DNA of 64,000 nucleotides from an uncultured bacterium (GTDB taxonomy: Bacteria > Chlamydiota > Chlamydiia > Chlamydiales > JAAKFR01): the NCBI GenBank assembly GCA_964386785.1, contig CAYLUD010000001.1, positions 26,214-90,213 of the forward strand, read 5' to 3'. Shown here in pieces: positions 1 through 9,891 of the stretch (within the stretch, counting starts at the first letter, position 1; every line of letters starts with the position of its first letter). The notes under the pieces are model-generated. The model ran no database searches. It saw only the letters and a list, made by a program, of their open reading frames with translations, and was not told the origin of the DNA. A program made the translations under genes and the position numbers.

Positions 1-1556
1 ATTGGGATGACCCCTCAACCTTCGTTACACAAGGAAATCGATGTCAGCTGTTTGTGCAACGACGCCATGCCTTTCATTTCCACGTGGATCCGAAAGGCAA
101 GGGCTTATATAGTGGCGAGCCTGAATCCTTCTTGATTGATATTCGCGGCAGCCAACTGCAGCGCATTAATATTCTCTCTCCTTCATTTGTTACAAAAAAT
201 AAACGCTTTGATATTACCGTCCGATTTGAAGATGCATTTGGAAATTTAACCAATAGCGCACCAGAAGGGACTTTGATTGACCTTTCTTATGAACATTTAC
301 GGGAAAATTTAAGCTGGAAACTATTTGTGCCCGAAACCGGTTTTGTTGTGCTTCCTAATCTCTATTTCAACGAGCCTGGCATCTATAGAATCTGTTTAAA
401 GGATTCTACAGGCAAGGTCAATTTCATCTCTTCTCCTATTAAATGTTTTGCAGAAGCTCCTGCACACTTAAGTTGGGGATTGCTGCATGGAGAGTCTGAT
501 CGAATTGATTCTATTGAAGATATGGAAGGATGTTTGCGACAGTTACGAGATGAGAAGGGACTGTCCTTTTTTGCTTCATCCCCATTTACTTCTGAGAGCG
601 AGATTTCGAATGACCAGTGGAAAGCGCTATCACAATCTCTAGCAGACTTTTCTGAAGAAGATCGATTCCTTACTCTTCCCGGCATGCAATACCTAGGCAA
701 GCCAGGAGAAGAGGGGTTGCGTCAATTTCTATACATCAAAGATCACAAGCCTATTCTTCGTCCAGATGATCCCAAGACGAATAGCTTAGTGAAAATCTAT
801 AAAAACCATAACCCACGTGAATTTTTATCGATCCCTAGCTTCACCTCTTCTTCTGCATGTGGTTTTGACTTTGAAATGTTTCACCCTGATTTTGAGCGAG
901 TGGTCGAAATATATAATAGTTGGGGCTCTTCGGAGTGCAGCAAGAAAGAGGGTAATCCGTTTCCTATTATGGGAACGATTTCCGCAACGAGTGATGGATT
1001 GATACAACGAGCGCTACAAAAAAACTGCCGCTTTGGATTTGTAGCAGGGGGGCTCGATGACCGTGGAGTGTATGAAGGTTTATTTGGATCCAAACAAGTA
1101 GAATATTCTCCTGGATTGACTGCCGTTTTTCTGGAGAAGCAAACCAGAGAAGGGTTACTAGATGCTCTCTATCGTAGAGCCTGTTATGCCACAACAGGCT
1201 CTCGTATTATCCTAGGATTCCATATCGCAGGAGCTGTAATGGGATCGGAGCTCAATCTAGTAGAAAAAAAGGGACTAGCTGTTAATCGCCATATTTCTGG
1301 TTATGTAGCGGGAACTTGCCCGATCCGTTCCATTGAATTATTGCGCAATGGCACGATCTTACATACTTGGAACCCAAAAGCGAACCAATACGACTATGAG
1401 TATGATGACATGCAGCCTTTTATCAAGCATTCTCTCTCTGCGCCTAACGCGAAACGATTTCTTTATTACTACGTGCGTGTTACACAAGAAGATGGGGCTA
1501 TGGCATGGAGCTCGCCGATTTGGGTTGATGAATCAGCCCCTTCTAAGGAGGCCTAG
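1..1556 (+). CDS. Conserved hypothetical protein, DUF3604-like, 5' end probably truncated by the window edge
   Basis: The frame is open from nt 3 with no stop, so the listed GTG at 54 is probably internal. The motifs GFVAGGLDDRG and LLDALYRRACYATTGSRIILGF recall DUF3604-type proteins. It sits directly upstream of the mqn genes, as I recall for the CT425-CT428 block of C. trachomatis. Confidence 0.5.
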   Translation, partial: WDDPSTFVTQGNRCQLFVQRRHAFHFHVDPKGKGLYSGEPESFLIDIRGSQLQRINILSPSFVTKNKRFDITVRFEDAFGNLTNSAPEGTLIDLSYEHLRENLSWKLFVPETGFVVLPNLYFNEPGIYRICLKDSTGKVNFISSPIKCFAEAPAHLSWGLLHGESDRIDSIEDMEGCLRQLRDEKGLSFFASSPFTSESEISNDQWKALSQSLADFSEEDRFLTLPGMQYLGKPGEEGLRQFLYIKDHKPILRPDDPKTNSLVKIYKNHNPREFLSIPSFTSSSACGFDFEMFHPDFERVVEIYNSWGSSECSKKEGNPFPIMGTISATSDGLIQRALQKNCRFGFVAGGLDDRGVYEGLFGSKQVEYSPGLTAVFLEKQTREGLLDALYRRACYATTGSRIILGFHIAGAVMGSELNLVEKKGLAVNRHISGYVAGTCPIRSIELLRNGTILHTWNPKANQYDYEYDDMQPFIKHSLSAPNAKRFLYYYVRVTQEDGAMAWSSPIWVDESAPSKEA

Positions 1557-1558
1557 CC

Positions 1559-1792
1559 ATGTCTAGCTTGTTGCTTACTGTAGTGATAGGTTTGGTTTTT
1601 CTCGTTCTTGCCTCTCTTGGTTTGGGCATCGGAAGATTGATTTCGGGGCGCAACCGCTTAGTCAAAGGATGTGGCTCGCCACCAGAACAAGAATCGTGTT
1701 CTCTATGCGGTAAACGAGAGCGATGCAAGTCCAATTCGAAGGAACCTATTGTATCTGGAGAAAATTCTTGTGACTCTCAATCTGATTCTTGA
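1559..1792 (+). CDS. Small Cys-rich single-TM membrane protein, NqrM (DUF539)-like
   Basis: The ATG lies 7 nt after a strong SD (AAGGAGG at about 1546-1552). An N-terminal TM helix (LLLTVVIGLVFLVLASLGLGIG) is followed by KGCG-x8-CSLC-x5-C, resembling the TM plus four-Cys layout of NqrM. Confidence 0.45.
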   Translation: MSSLLLTVVIGLVFLVLASLGLGIGRLISGRNRLVKGCGSPPEQESCSLCGKRERCKSNSKEPIVSGENSCDSQSDS

Positions 1793-2900
1793 TAAGTGTC
1801 GAGCTGGAGAGCGACTCTCCTTCCAGGACGGCCAAATCTTATCTCAAGTCACGACAGACGAAGAGATCGCAGCAGTATGTGCGACAGCTAATCAAGTACG
1901 GAAGGAGCGAGTGGGCAACCGTGTATTGTATGCCACCTCCCTATTTCTCTATCCTACCAATCTCTGCGAATTGAACTGTCAATTCTGTTCCTTTTATGCC
2001 AAGCCAGGATGGAAAAAAGCGTGGTTTCATACCCCTAACGACCTGTTGAATCAAATCAAGAATAATCGACCCGAACATCTAACCGAAATTCATCTTGTTG
2101 GAGGATTATGGAGAGAGTGTACACTGGACTATTACCAAGAACTCTTTACTTCTGTTCGCTCTTTGTACCCTCACCTGCATATCAAAGCCTTAACACCTGT
2201 TGAATATGACTTTTTGGCCAAGTTACATGGCTGCTCTATTGAGCAGGTACTCATGCGCATGATGGACTGGGGATTAGGATCTCTACCCGGAGGTGGAGCT
2301 GAAATTTTTGTAGAATCGATTCGCAAACAAATTGCTCCAGGAAAAATCAATTCTGAAGAATTTTTACACGTGCATCGTGTCGCTCATAACCTTGGATTAC
2401 GATCCAATCTATCGATGCTTTTTAATCATATTGAATCTTTTGATGACATTCTATACCACCTCATACGTACCCGAGAATTACAAGATGAAACGGGAGGATT
2501 GGTAACGTTTATTCCTTTAAAATTTGGCGTGGAAGACAATGCTTTGGGACGACGCGTCTCTCGTTTACGTCCCAAATCACTCCCTCTCATCTATGCTCTT
2601 TGTCGCTTGATGCTCGACAATATTCTGCATCTCAAAGTCCTATGGAACTACGTAGGCATTCCAGAGGGCCTCCACCTTCTTGACTGTGGAGGCGATGACT
2701 TTTCTTCTACTAACACAGCAGAGAGAGTCATTCGCATGGCTGGAGGAGTTTCGTATCGAATGGATGCTGCAGAGATGGAATACCTATTGCAAGAAAAAGG
2801 AAGATCCCCGTACCGTACCCATTCGGGTTATGAAGTCACCTCCGAAGGTTCGACATCCATTAATAGGCATATTGCTACAATTGATCCAGACCCATGTTAG
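1749..2900 (+). CDS. Radical-SAM menaquinone (futalosine pathway) enzyme, MqnE/MqnC family
   Basis: It carries the radical-SAM cluster motif CELNCQFC and has a CofH/MqnE-like length and layout. It is adjacent to mqnA and ubiE. The listed ATG 1671 overlaps the SD-preceded small ORF. TTG 1749 (AAGGA 5 nt upstream) or GTG 1770 is the more likely start. Confidence 0.8.
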   Translation: MYLEKILVTLNLILDKCRAGERLSFQDGQILSQVTTDEEIAAVCATANQVRKERVGNRVLYATSLFLYPTNLCELNCQFCSFYAKPGWKKAWFHTPNDLLNQIKNNRPEHLTEIHLVGGLWRECTLDYYQELFTSVRSLYPHLHIKALTPVEYDFLAKLHGCSIEQVLMRMMDWGLGSLPGGGAEIFVESIRKQIAPGKINSEEFLHVHRVAHNLGLRSNLSMLFNHIESFDDILYHLIRTRELQDETGGLVTFIPLKFGVEDNALGRRVSRLRPKSLPLIYALCRLMLDNILHLKVLWNYVGIPEGLHLLDCGGDDFSSTNTAERVIRMAGGVSYRMDAAEMEYLLQEKGRSPYRTHSGYEVTSEGSTSINRHIATIDPDPC

Positions 2901-3014
2901 GATCGGTACAATTTCCGTTTTTCATAACAGGGATTCTAGTGCACACCTGTTGACGATCCTATCCTTTGCGCGCCAACACCGTTCTTTTATGCAACACCTG
3001 CATACAGGGCGCGC

Positions 3015-3785
3015 ATGATCAGCTCTACACAGTTACGAATCGGCATGGTACCGTACATCAATGCCCTTCCCTTTTCTCTTATGAATCCTGTCCCGATCAC
3101 CTTTTGTCCACCCTCTCAACTCAATCGTATGATCCAAACCAATCTCTTAGATCTAGCTCTAACCAGTAGTCTTATGGGTGACACGCAAGAGTATTCTTTT
3201 TTAACACACTATGGCATTGCTGCTACGGAACAAGTGCTCAGCGTTAACCTATATTCTCCTGTTCGGCCAGAAGAATTGACCTCCATTGCGCTAGACCCTG
3301 CAAGCTTCACCTCAATACGACTTCTTGAAATCCTCTATGCGTATTATTGGGAACATCGTCCCCATTACGTCAATCAACACGCCCCACATGAGGGGTATTT
3401 ACTCATTGGTGATGCAGCATTAGATCATATACCACCACCTAATTGGCTCACCATTGACCTCTGCTCGATCTGGCATCAATGGACCCAATTGCCTTTTCTA
3501 TTTGCACTATTTGTATACCGTTCTTCGATCGATATGGAGTCCATACAAGAGATAGAACACATCCTATCGCACTCTCTATCTTGGAGCGAACAACACCCCC
3601 TAAAACTTGTATCCCTCGCGCAATCTAGAGCGAATAGATCTGCAGACCTTCTTACAACGTATTACCGTCACCTCCACTATCGTTTGACTGAGGCGGACTG
3701 GGCTGGCTTTCGTTTGTTTCAGTATTACCACCAGAAATTGCTTGCATCCCAAAAATACATGCAACACGCTATACACACAAAATAG
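3015..3785 (+). CDS. mqnA: Chorismate dehydratase MqnA (futalosine pathway)
   Basis: The N-terminus LRIGMVPYINALPF is typical of MqnA/VitK2-biosynthesis family proteins. At 256 aa the size fits. It is flanked by the radical-SAM Mqn gene and ubiE. Confidence 0.75.
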   Translation: MISSTQLRIGMVPYINALPFSLMNPVPITFCPPSQLNRMIQTNLLDLALTSSLMGDTQEYSFLTHYGIAATEQVLSVNLYSPVRPEELTSIALDPASFTSIRLLEILYAYYWEHRPHYVNQHAPHEGYLLIGDAALDHIPPPNWLTIDLCSIWHQWTQLPFLFALFVYRSSIDMESIQEIEHILSHSLSWSEQHPLKLVSLAQSRANRSADLLTTYYRHLHYRLTEADWAGFRLFQYYHQKLLASQKYMQHAIHTK

Positions 3786-3799
3786 CTTAGGAGTCCCCC

Positions 3800-4486
3800 A
3801 TGCCTTTTTCAGTGCAACACGCTTTTGATGCGATTGCTCCCCGCTATGATCTAGCCAACGCAATTCATTCTTTAGGTTTACATCACATCTGGAATCAACG
3901 CTTAATTCGCACCCAACGGTCCACCTCCCATCTCTTAGATCTTTGTACAGGGACAGGCGCTATTGCTTTAGGTTTCTTGAAACAGCACCCTCTGAGTCGA
4001 GTAACCGGTGTAGATTTTTCTCTTCCCATGCTAGATATTGCAAAGAAACGTGCGCAAGCGTTTGGAATGAGAGCGCATTTCATCCATGCCAATGTACTCT
4101 CCCTGCCTTTCCCAGACGAATCATTTGACGGGGCTACGGTTGCCTATGGAATACGTAATCTGCCAGATCGAATCCAGTTTCTGAAAGAGGTCTACCGTGT
4201 ATTACAACCTGGAGCTCGCTTCTCTCTTTTAGATTTAACGCGTCCGAAAGGATGGCTGGGACGCGTACATTCTTTTTATACCACTCGATGTCTTCCCCAT
4301 TCTGGAGGATATCTCACTCAACACCAGGAAGCCTATCGTTATTTAGCACGCAGCATACAATCCTTCATTCACCCAGAAATTCTGTTGGAAGAATTAGAAA
4401 AGGTTGGTTTTAATCAAGGGGTCTGCCACGCTATCCATTTAGGTGTCGCTACCTTATGGGATTGCAGAAAACCGCTTACATCTTGA
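3800..4486 (+). CDS. ubiE: Demethylmenaquinone methyltransferase UbiE/MenG
   Basis: It has FDAIAPRYDLANAIHSLGLHHIWNQ and the SAM-binding motif LLDLCTGTGAIAL. An SD (AGGAG) lies upstream of the ATG. Confidence 0.85.
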   Translation: MPFSVQHAFDAIAPRYDLANAIHSLGLHHIWNQRLIRTQRSTSHLLDLCTGTGAIALGFLKQHPLSRVTGVDFSLPMLDIAKKRAQAFGMRAHFIHANVLSLPFPDESFDGATVAYGIRNLPDRIQFLKEVYRVLQPGARFSLLDLTRPKGWLGRVHSFYTTRCLPHSGGYLTQHQEAYRYLARSIQSFIHPEILLEELEKVGFNQGVCHAIHLGVATLWDCRKPLTS

Positions 4487-6129
4487 TGGTCACTCTCTTA
4501 GCTCCTCTGTTTGGTGGAGCTCCTGACTCTTTGAGTGGCTCTGTGCTATACCAAATTCACCGTGCCCATGTATCGGATGCCCTCCGTCAATATCTGGAGT
4601 GGAGCCAACAAGAAAATAGCCATGATTTTTCTTTGTTACGCCAAATGGGCCTAGCCATCCTAGAAGAGGGTGCAAAAGCAGAAGACCCTGAAGTAGTCGT
4701 TCTCTCTATGATGGGGGCCGGTGTTTCCTCTTCTATTGCGTTGTTACCTATTTTAGAACAAGGATTACACCACGAAGAGCTGCAGGTACAGCTGCTGGCG
4801 CTCCACTTCTTAGCGCGATGTAATGAAGACTGTACAGACGATCTACTTTTAGACGCCCTGAACTCTCCGTTACTACTCACACGATTAGAAGCTCTCTATC
4901 AGTTATCGTGCAAACGCCACCCCCAGACCTTAGAACAATTACAATCTCTCTGGGTCAAATTACCAGAACCTCTCCGCCCTTTATTTGCGCAAATTCTTGT
5001 GAATTTAGATTCCTATAGCGCGAACCAAATGATGCGCCAAATGCTTTCTCATCAGAATGTGGAGACCCGATGTCAAGCGATCCTTGCAGTAACAGAAAAA
5101 TCACGGGATGACTTTTTACCACAAATTCGGGCTCTAGGGTCCCAAACTCAGGTATTACAACAAGAGTGCGTCGCCTATGCATTAGGACGTTTTAAAGATC
5201 ACGCCTCGATAGATTTACTCCATCGTCTGCACCAAGCCCGTCAGCCCAACGTGCGATTGGCTGCCGCCTATGCACTCCATGAGTTGGGAGATCCTCAAGG
5301 AGAAGCAACTCTCTTACAAGCAGCTCAGCAGGGAGATCTCCTCGCGTTGACTTGGCTATCCAAGATTCCTAAAAAAGAACACCAAAACCTCTTTCTTACC
5401 TATCTCAGCCATCCCGATGTCGACATCCGATTGCTGGCCACCCTATCCCTACTTGAATACCGAGATGTACGTTGTTTGGCTAATGTGAAAGAGCTACTTA
5501 CCTCTGAAGAACAAGCGATTGGATATATACAAGCGTATAGCCCAGGCCATACTCTACCTATATGGAAAACCGTTTTCTCTGCTCCCTACAAACAACAAGC
5601 ATACCCAGCCATTCAAGCTCAAAGTGCTGCATTGCGTGCTCAAGTCCTTACTGCGACTCTGGAACTAGGAGAAACCGCATTTTTGGAAGTAGCACAATGG
5701 ATTTTTAGCCATTCTTTCTCGTCCTTATTTGGTCCCCTTATTGAGTGTTTAAGTAACCACCGTTCTGAAGCCGCGATCGATTTGATCAAAGCGCAATACG
5801 CTTCTTCTTCTTCTGAAGTCATCCGAATGCATTGTTTATTAGCACTCTGCCGACTAGAAGAGAGTGCTTCCTACCAAGAAGCGTTGATTCAGTGGGTGAA
5901 AGAGCGTCACCAAACCATCCTCATCCGCTTTGCACAGAATGCAACGGAGATCCCTACTCGTACCGTGCTCTCTCCAGAAAAGGAATCTGCGTTGTTGATT
6001 GAAGCATTTGAAACTCTGGCTTCACTACAAAATCCTCAAGGTATCACAGCATTATTGCATGCAATAGCTTACGGAAATCTGAAAAATCGGTATGCTCTAG
6101 CGGGTCTATTAATCAGAACCGCTGAATAG
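4456..6129 (+). CDS. HEAT/armadillo-like helical repeat protein, function unknown
   Basis: Repeated HEAT-like units are visible (VRLAAAYALHELGDP, IRLLATLSLLEYRD, TRCQAILAV). An alternative ATG at 4486 overlaps the ubiE stop (TGATG). Confidence 0.5.
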   Translation: MGLQKTAYILMVTLLAPLFGGAPDSLSGSVLYQIHRAHVSDALRQYLEWSQQENSHDFSLLRQMGLAILEEGAKAEDPEVVVLSMMGAGVSSSIALLPILEQGLHHEELQVQLLALHFLARCNEDCTDDLLLDALNSPLLLTRLEALYQLSCKRHPQTLEQLQSLWVKLPEPLRPLFAQILVNLDSYSANQMMRQMLSHQNVETRCQAILAVTEKSRDDFLPQIRALGSQTQVLQQECVAYALGRFKDHASIDLLHRLHQARQPNVRLAAAYALHELGDPQGEATLLQAAQQGDLLALTWLSKIPKKEHQNLFLTYLSHPDVDIRLLATLSLLEYRDVRCLANVKELLTSEEQAIGYIQAYSPGHTLPIWKTVFSAPYKQQAYPAIQAQSAALRAQVLTATLELGETAFLEVAQWIFSHSFSSLFGPLIECLSNHRSEAAIDLIKAQYASSSSEVIRMHCLLALCRLEESASYQEALIQWVKERHQTILIRFAQNATEIPTRTVLSPEKESALLIEAFETLASLQNPQGITALLHAIAYGNLKNRYALAGLLIRTAE

Positions 6130-6131
6130 TC

Positions 6132-8300
6132 ATGCTTCTACTCTTATTTGTCATACTCACGGGATGGTCTTCCCTATTTGCTGATCCCCTTCATACCGAA
6201 TTACCTGACTTATGGGATCCGCAGTGTATGTCCTGTGTTCCGCAAGCCATGTGTCCCGCACCCTGGCAAGGGCAACCGATGGTGATCGACCTACGTAACC
6301 CCATCTATTTGGATGGGCTGTTACAAACGGAAGAAGGCGGGGTGATCCAAACATCCGACCTCAGAATTCAAGCAAAAAAAATTCACTATTTGAACCAAAA
6401 AGATCAGTGCACCATCTATGGAGAAGGAAATCTCTTGATCGACTACCAGGAATGGGTACTCACTGGGGATGCCTTTTTCTATGATCTCCGTACAAAAACA
6501 GGATACCTCCTGAATGGCAAGACTGCGGCCCCACCTTGGTTCATTGGAAGTCGCCGCATGGAACTGCGAGAAAATGGGGATTTGTTCGTATTTGGAGGAT
6601 ATCTCACGACATCAGAAGGACCCTCTCACGATGTGCAATTGTTGGCTCCTCGTATCCGTCTCTCCAATCGTAGAGTCGTAGCAGCAAAAGATTTGATGCT
6701 CATGGTCAAAAATGTTCCTCTTTTTTGGATTCCAGGCGTCAAATTCAACGTAAAATCCTTGGATCAATCCCCTTTCAGTGTGCAGTTCGGATGGGGTGGT
6801 TTCATGGCCTCCTATATCAGCGTGCTCTATCACTTTTTGGATTGGAATGACTTGAATGCCTATGCACGTGTGGATGGTTTTTTTCAACATGGTATCGGCT
6901 TAGGTATTGATACACGGTACCACCCTAAACATAGCGTGACAGAATGGTACAGCAGGAATTACTGGGTACATGACTTGGCCATTGATACCCCAGTTCCTAG
7001 GAATCGATGGCGCTATCAAGGGTCCTTTAGCGACGCCCCCTACAATCGGCAAATCAAACTGAAAGCTTGTTATGACTTTGTCAGCGACGCACAGATGGCC
7101 AATCAGTATGTGATCCAAGACTTTGATCTAAAAACTGCAGGGCGCACCCAATTAGAATTAAAACGACAGGATCCCCACTGGATTGCACAGTTTGCAACGA
7201 AAGTACGGGTCAATAGCTTTCAGTCCCTAAATCAAGAGCTGCCCTCGTTTCACTTTAACTGGCATCCTATTGAACTCGCTCAATCCGGTATTCTCTTTTC
7301 CGGAGATGCCGATGCCTCCTACTTGCATTATATGTTTAGTAAAGACGTAACTCCTTCTGGAGGATTTAATGCAGGAAGACTCGCCGTTAATCCCCTCATC
7401 TATCGTCCCTTTACTTATGGTTGTTGGTCGGTGACTCCTGAAATCGGAGGCAAGGGCATTTACTATACAGATAGTCCATCAGGAGACGCTGTAGGGCAAG
7501 CTGCCTTCTTGTTAGGAGTCAAGTGTCAAGGGCGCGCTTATGGGCAACTGGGCTCTGTAACCCATACCGTATCGCCCTACCTCAATTATGAATTTTTCTC
7601 CTCTCCTAGAGTTTCTTCGGATCGGCACTACCTCTTTACAATTCAAGATGGGTTAGGCAAATTGGAGCGTTTCCGTTTTGGGATGCGCAACTCCCTATTC
7701 TGTTGCGACTCGGCTCTCCTTACTCGCCCACTATGGATCGATCTGTGGGGCAATCTTTTTATTAAAGAAGGGGTCGCCTTTCCAGACCAAAAGGCCTATC
7801 TTGATATCGAATACAAGCCCCTTCGCACTATGACCTTTGCGATGACTAGTGGGTGGGACTTTACACAACATGTCATGGATCGCGTCAATCCACGCTTAGA
7901 TTGGACCCTCAGTGAACACTTAGCAGTGGCTGCAGAATTCCGTTATCGGACAAAATATGCGTGGAGAAAGGCCGATTTTTACAACTTTATCTTAGAAAAC
8001 GTACGTACCCTAGATCAACTGCTGGATTCAGCCCTATCCGATCAAAGAAAAACCTTTTTGCTTCGCGCCTTTTGGCGACTGCATCCCGACCTAGGCGTCA
8101 CCTTTGATTTACGACATGGATGGGATCGCGTAGGTCAACCGAACTATACAGAATATAGTGCCACCTTAGACTCGATTCTCTTTTCCCATTGGAGATTCCA
8201 ATTTGTCTTAGAAAAACGAGAGTCCGATGTACGCTACAGGATGTCTTTACGATTGGATCCTCCTCCACCGAAATTGGGAAAACACTATCCCAAACTTTAA
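6132..8300 (+). CDS. lptD: LptD/OstA-like outer-membrane LPS-assembly protein
   Basis: A signal peptide (MLLLLFVILTGWSSLFA) is followed by an OstA-like N-terminal segment (IQAKKIHYLNQKDQCTIYGEGNLLIDYQEWVLTGDAFFYDL). The long aromatic-rich C-terminal region is typical of a beta-barrel. Confidence 0.55.
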   Translation: MLLLLFVILTGWSSLFADPLHTELPDLWDPQCMSCVPQAMCPAPWQGQPMVIDLRNPIYLDGLLQTEEGGVIQTSDLRIQAKKIHYLNQKDQCTIYGEGNLLIDYQEWVLTGDAFFYDLRTKTGYLLNGKTAAPPWFIGSRRMELRENGDLFVFGGYLTTSEGPSHDVQLLAPRIRLSNRRVVAAKDLMLMVKNVPLFWIPGVKFNVKSLDQSPFSVQFGWGGFMASYISVLYHFLDWNDLNAYARVDGFFQHGIGLGIDTRYHPKHSVTEWYSRNYWVHDLAIDTPVPRNRWRYQGSFSDAPYNRQIKLKACYDFVSDAQMANQYVIQDFDLKTAGRTQLELKRQDPHWIAQFATKVRVNSFQSLNQELPSFHFNWHPIELAQSGILFSGDADASYLHYMFSKDVTPSGGFNAGRLAVNPLIYRPFTYGCWSVTPEIGGKGIYYTDSPSGDAVGQAAFLLGVKCQGRAYGQLGSVTHTVSPYLNYEFFSSPRVSSDRHYLFTIQDGLGKLERFRFGMRNSLFCCDSALLTRPLWIDLWGNLFIKEGVAFPDQKAYLDIEYKPLRTMTFAMTSGWDFTQHVMDRVNPRLDWTLSEHLAVAAEFRYRTKYAWRKADFYNFILENVRTLDQLLDSALSDQRKTFLLRAFWRLHPDLGVTFDLRHGWDRVGQPNYTEYSATLDSILFSHWRFQFVLEKRESDVRYRMSLRLDPPPPKLGKHYPKL

Positions 8301-9781
8301 GAGCAATCTATCTGATTAGGAGATAGAAAATGCTTGGCGTAATCTAGATAGACTTTCTGACTCAGGAATACCTGATATAAAGAAGGATCGAGATGACCCT
8401 TTGCAACCATGACTTGCATAATCGAAAGAATCTGGGACAAAGGATAGGGAGACTTGTACGATCGATCAGGAGCAGATAATGCCTCAAATACATCTGACAT
8501 GGCGAGAATTTTTGACTGCAGCGAGAGCTGATTGCCTTTTAGACCTCGAGGGTATCCTGACCCATCTATTTTCTCATGGTGTTGACCTGCGATTTCAGGA
8601 ACGCGTTGCAAGTCCTTAGGATACTGCAACTTAGACAACATATCGATCGTCATCGAGACATGCCCCTGCATCAATTTTCTTTCTTCCGCAGTCAGATTCC
8701 CTTCCTTAATACTCAGCTGCTCCCATTCGATATCCGATAAGAGACCTAATTGATGCATCTGATCGAATGCGCGCTGGTCTTCCTCTAAATAGGCTCCACT
8801 ATTGACACGTGTGACACGCGCCTTCCAATCGGTAACATTCTGGATAATGTGTTGATATTCCGTATCTGTCAACTGTCCCTGAAGGAGAGAAACCTCTGCA
8901 CGAGTAGCATACAATTGCAACTTCAGATCCACAATCTCCTGTCCATTCACCCTTCCTTCTAATTTTTTCTGCTTCTCTAAAATATAATGAGGAGTAGTGA
9001 GTTTGCCACAATCGTGAAGTAAAGCTGCTACTTGAAGTTCATAGATCTCCGCCTCTGTTAAAGACCCCAATCCACTGCGATTCACTGCTCGAGCTAAGAT
9101 GGCAGCAATTTCAGGGACTCGTGCTGAGTGATTACCAGTAGCAGGTGAAATCTTATCAATAGCCTCTGCCAAAATACGAATTAACGACTCAAACAAGCTC
9201 TTTAAGCTGGTAATGAGTATCTGATTATTAATCGCAATTCCCGCTTGAGAAGCTAGCGATTCAGCAACCTGTTGGTCTTCTAATGAAAACTCACCACCAT
9301 GCGTAGGATTAATCAGTTGCAAGACGGCTATGACATCCCCTTCATGATTCATGATAGGCACCACTAACACAGCACGCGTGCGATATCCTGTTTGTTGGTC
9401 GAAGTAACGAGTGTTGCGGAAGTCGAAGTCCGGCTCCTGATACACATCTGCAATGCGGACCGTCTCTTTATGATGAACCGCATAGGTTACAGTGAATGAA
9501 TAATTGGGCTCTTTATTCTCATTCCATAAGGGAATCGATTCAAAGGGTATACATTGACCTGTTTTCCCTCCCATAGCATAGTGCAGGCTATGATTACGAA
9601 GAATCTCGAATTTCAGCATTTTGTCCGGTGTAATACGGTATAGGGTCCCTCCATCCGCAGCAGTCAACTCACATGCATTGACCACAATAAGCTCGAGTAA
9701 TCGATCTAGATCGAGCTCTTTAGAAAGAGCTAGTCCAATTTCATTGAGTCTCCGCTCCCGGGCCAATTCGCTAAGTTCCAT
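8297..9781 (-). CDS. GAF domain plus HD-GYP domain phosphodiesterase
   Basis: The N-terminal region is GAF-like (LLELIVVNACELTAADGGTLY). The HD-GYP signatures are LLHDCGK, HHEKIDGSGYPRGL and MSDVFEALSAPDRSYK. A roughly 80-aa insertion separates HDxGK from HHE. Confidence 0.8.
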   Translation of the reverse strand: MELSELARERRLNEIGLALSKELDLDRLLELIVVNACELTAADGGTLYRITPDKMLKFEILRNHSLHYAMGGKTGQCIPFESIPLWNENKEPNYSFTVTYAVHHKETVRIADVYQEPDFDFRNTRYFDQQTGYRTRAVLVVPIMNHEGDVIAVLQLINPTHGGEFSLEDQQVAESLASQAGIAINNQILITSLKSLFESLIRILAEAIDKISPATGNHSARVPEIAAILARAVNRSGLGSLTEAEIYELQVAALLHDCGKLTTPHYILEKQKKLEGRVNGQEIVDLKLQLYATRAEVSLLQGQLTDTEYQHIIQNVTDWKARVTRVNSGAYLEEDQRAFDQMHQLGLLSDIEWEQLSIKEGNLTAEERKLMQGHVSMTIDMLSKLQYPKDLQRVPEIAGQHHEKIDGSGYPRGLKGNQLSLQSKILAMSDVFEALSAPDRSYKSPYPLSQILSIMQVMVAKGHLDPSLYQVFLSQKVYLDYAKHFLSPNQIDCS

Positions 9782-9891
9782 ACTGTTTTTCTTATCCCAT
9801 AGAGCCTAGGTGCGCAACATTTTTTTTATTACATCGCGTTTCTATGGTCACCTCTTGTCTTTTAATGGGGTGACTCGTAGCCTCAAGCTAC

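Noticed and set aside
1671-1748. ATG 1671 as the start of the radical-SAM gene
   Set aside because: It would overlap 120 nt of the SD-preceded small ORF. The residues it adds are not typical of MqnE/MqnC N-termini. Alternative starts with SD-like sequences exist at 1749 and 1770. This is not proven.
8297-8300. Convergent lptD-like and HD-GYP genes share their stop codons in the palindrome TTAA, with no intergenic terminator
   Set aside because: It is real in the sequence. It is a common consequence of genome compaction and carries no further implication that I can support.
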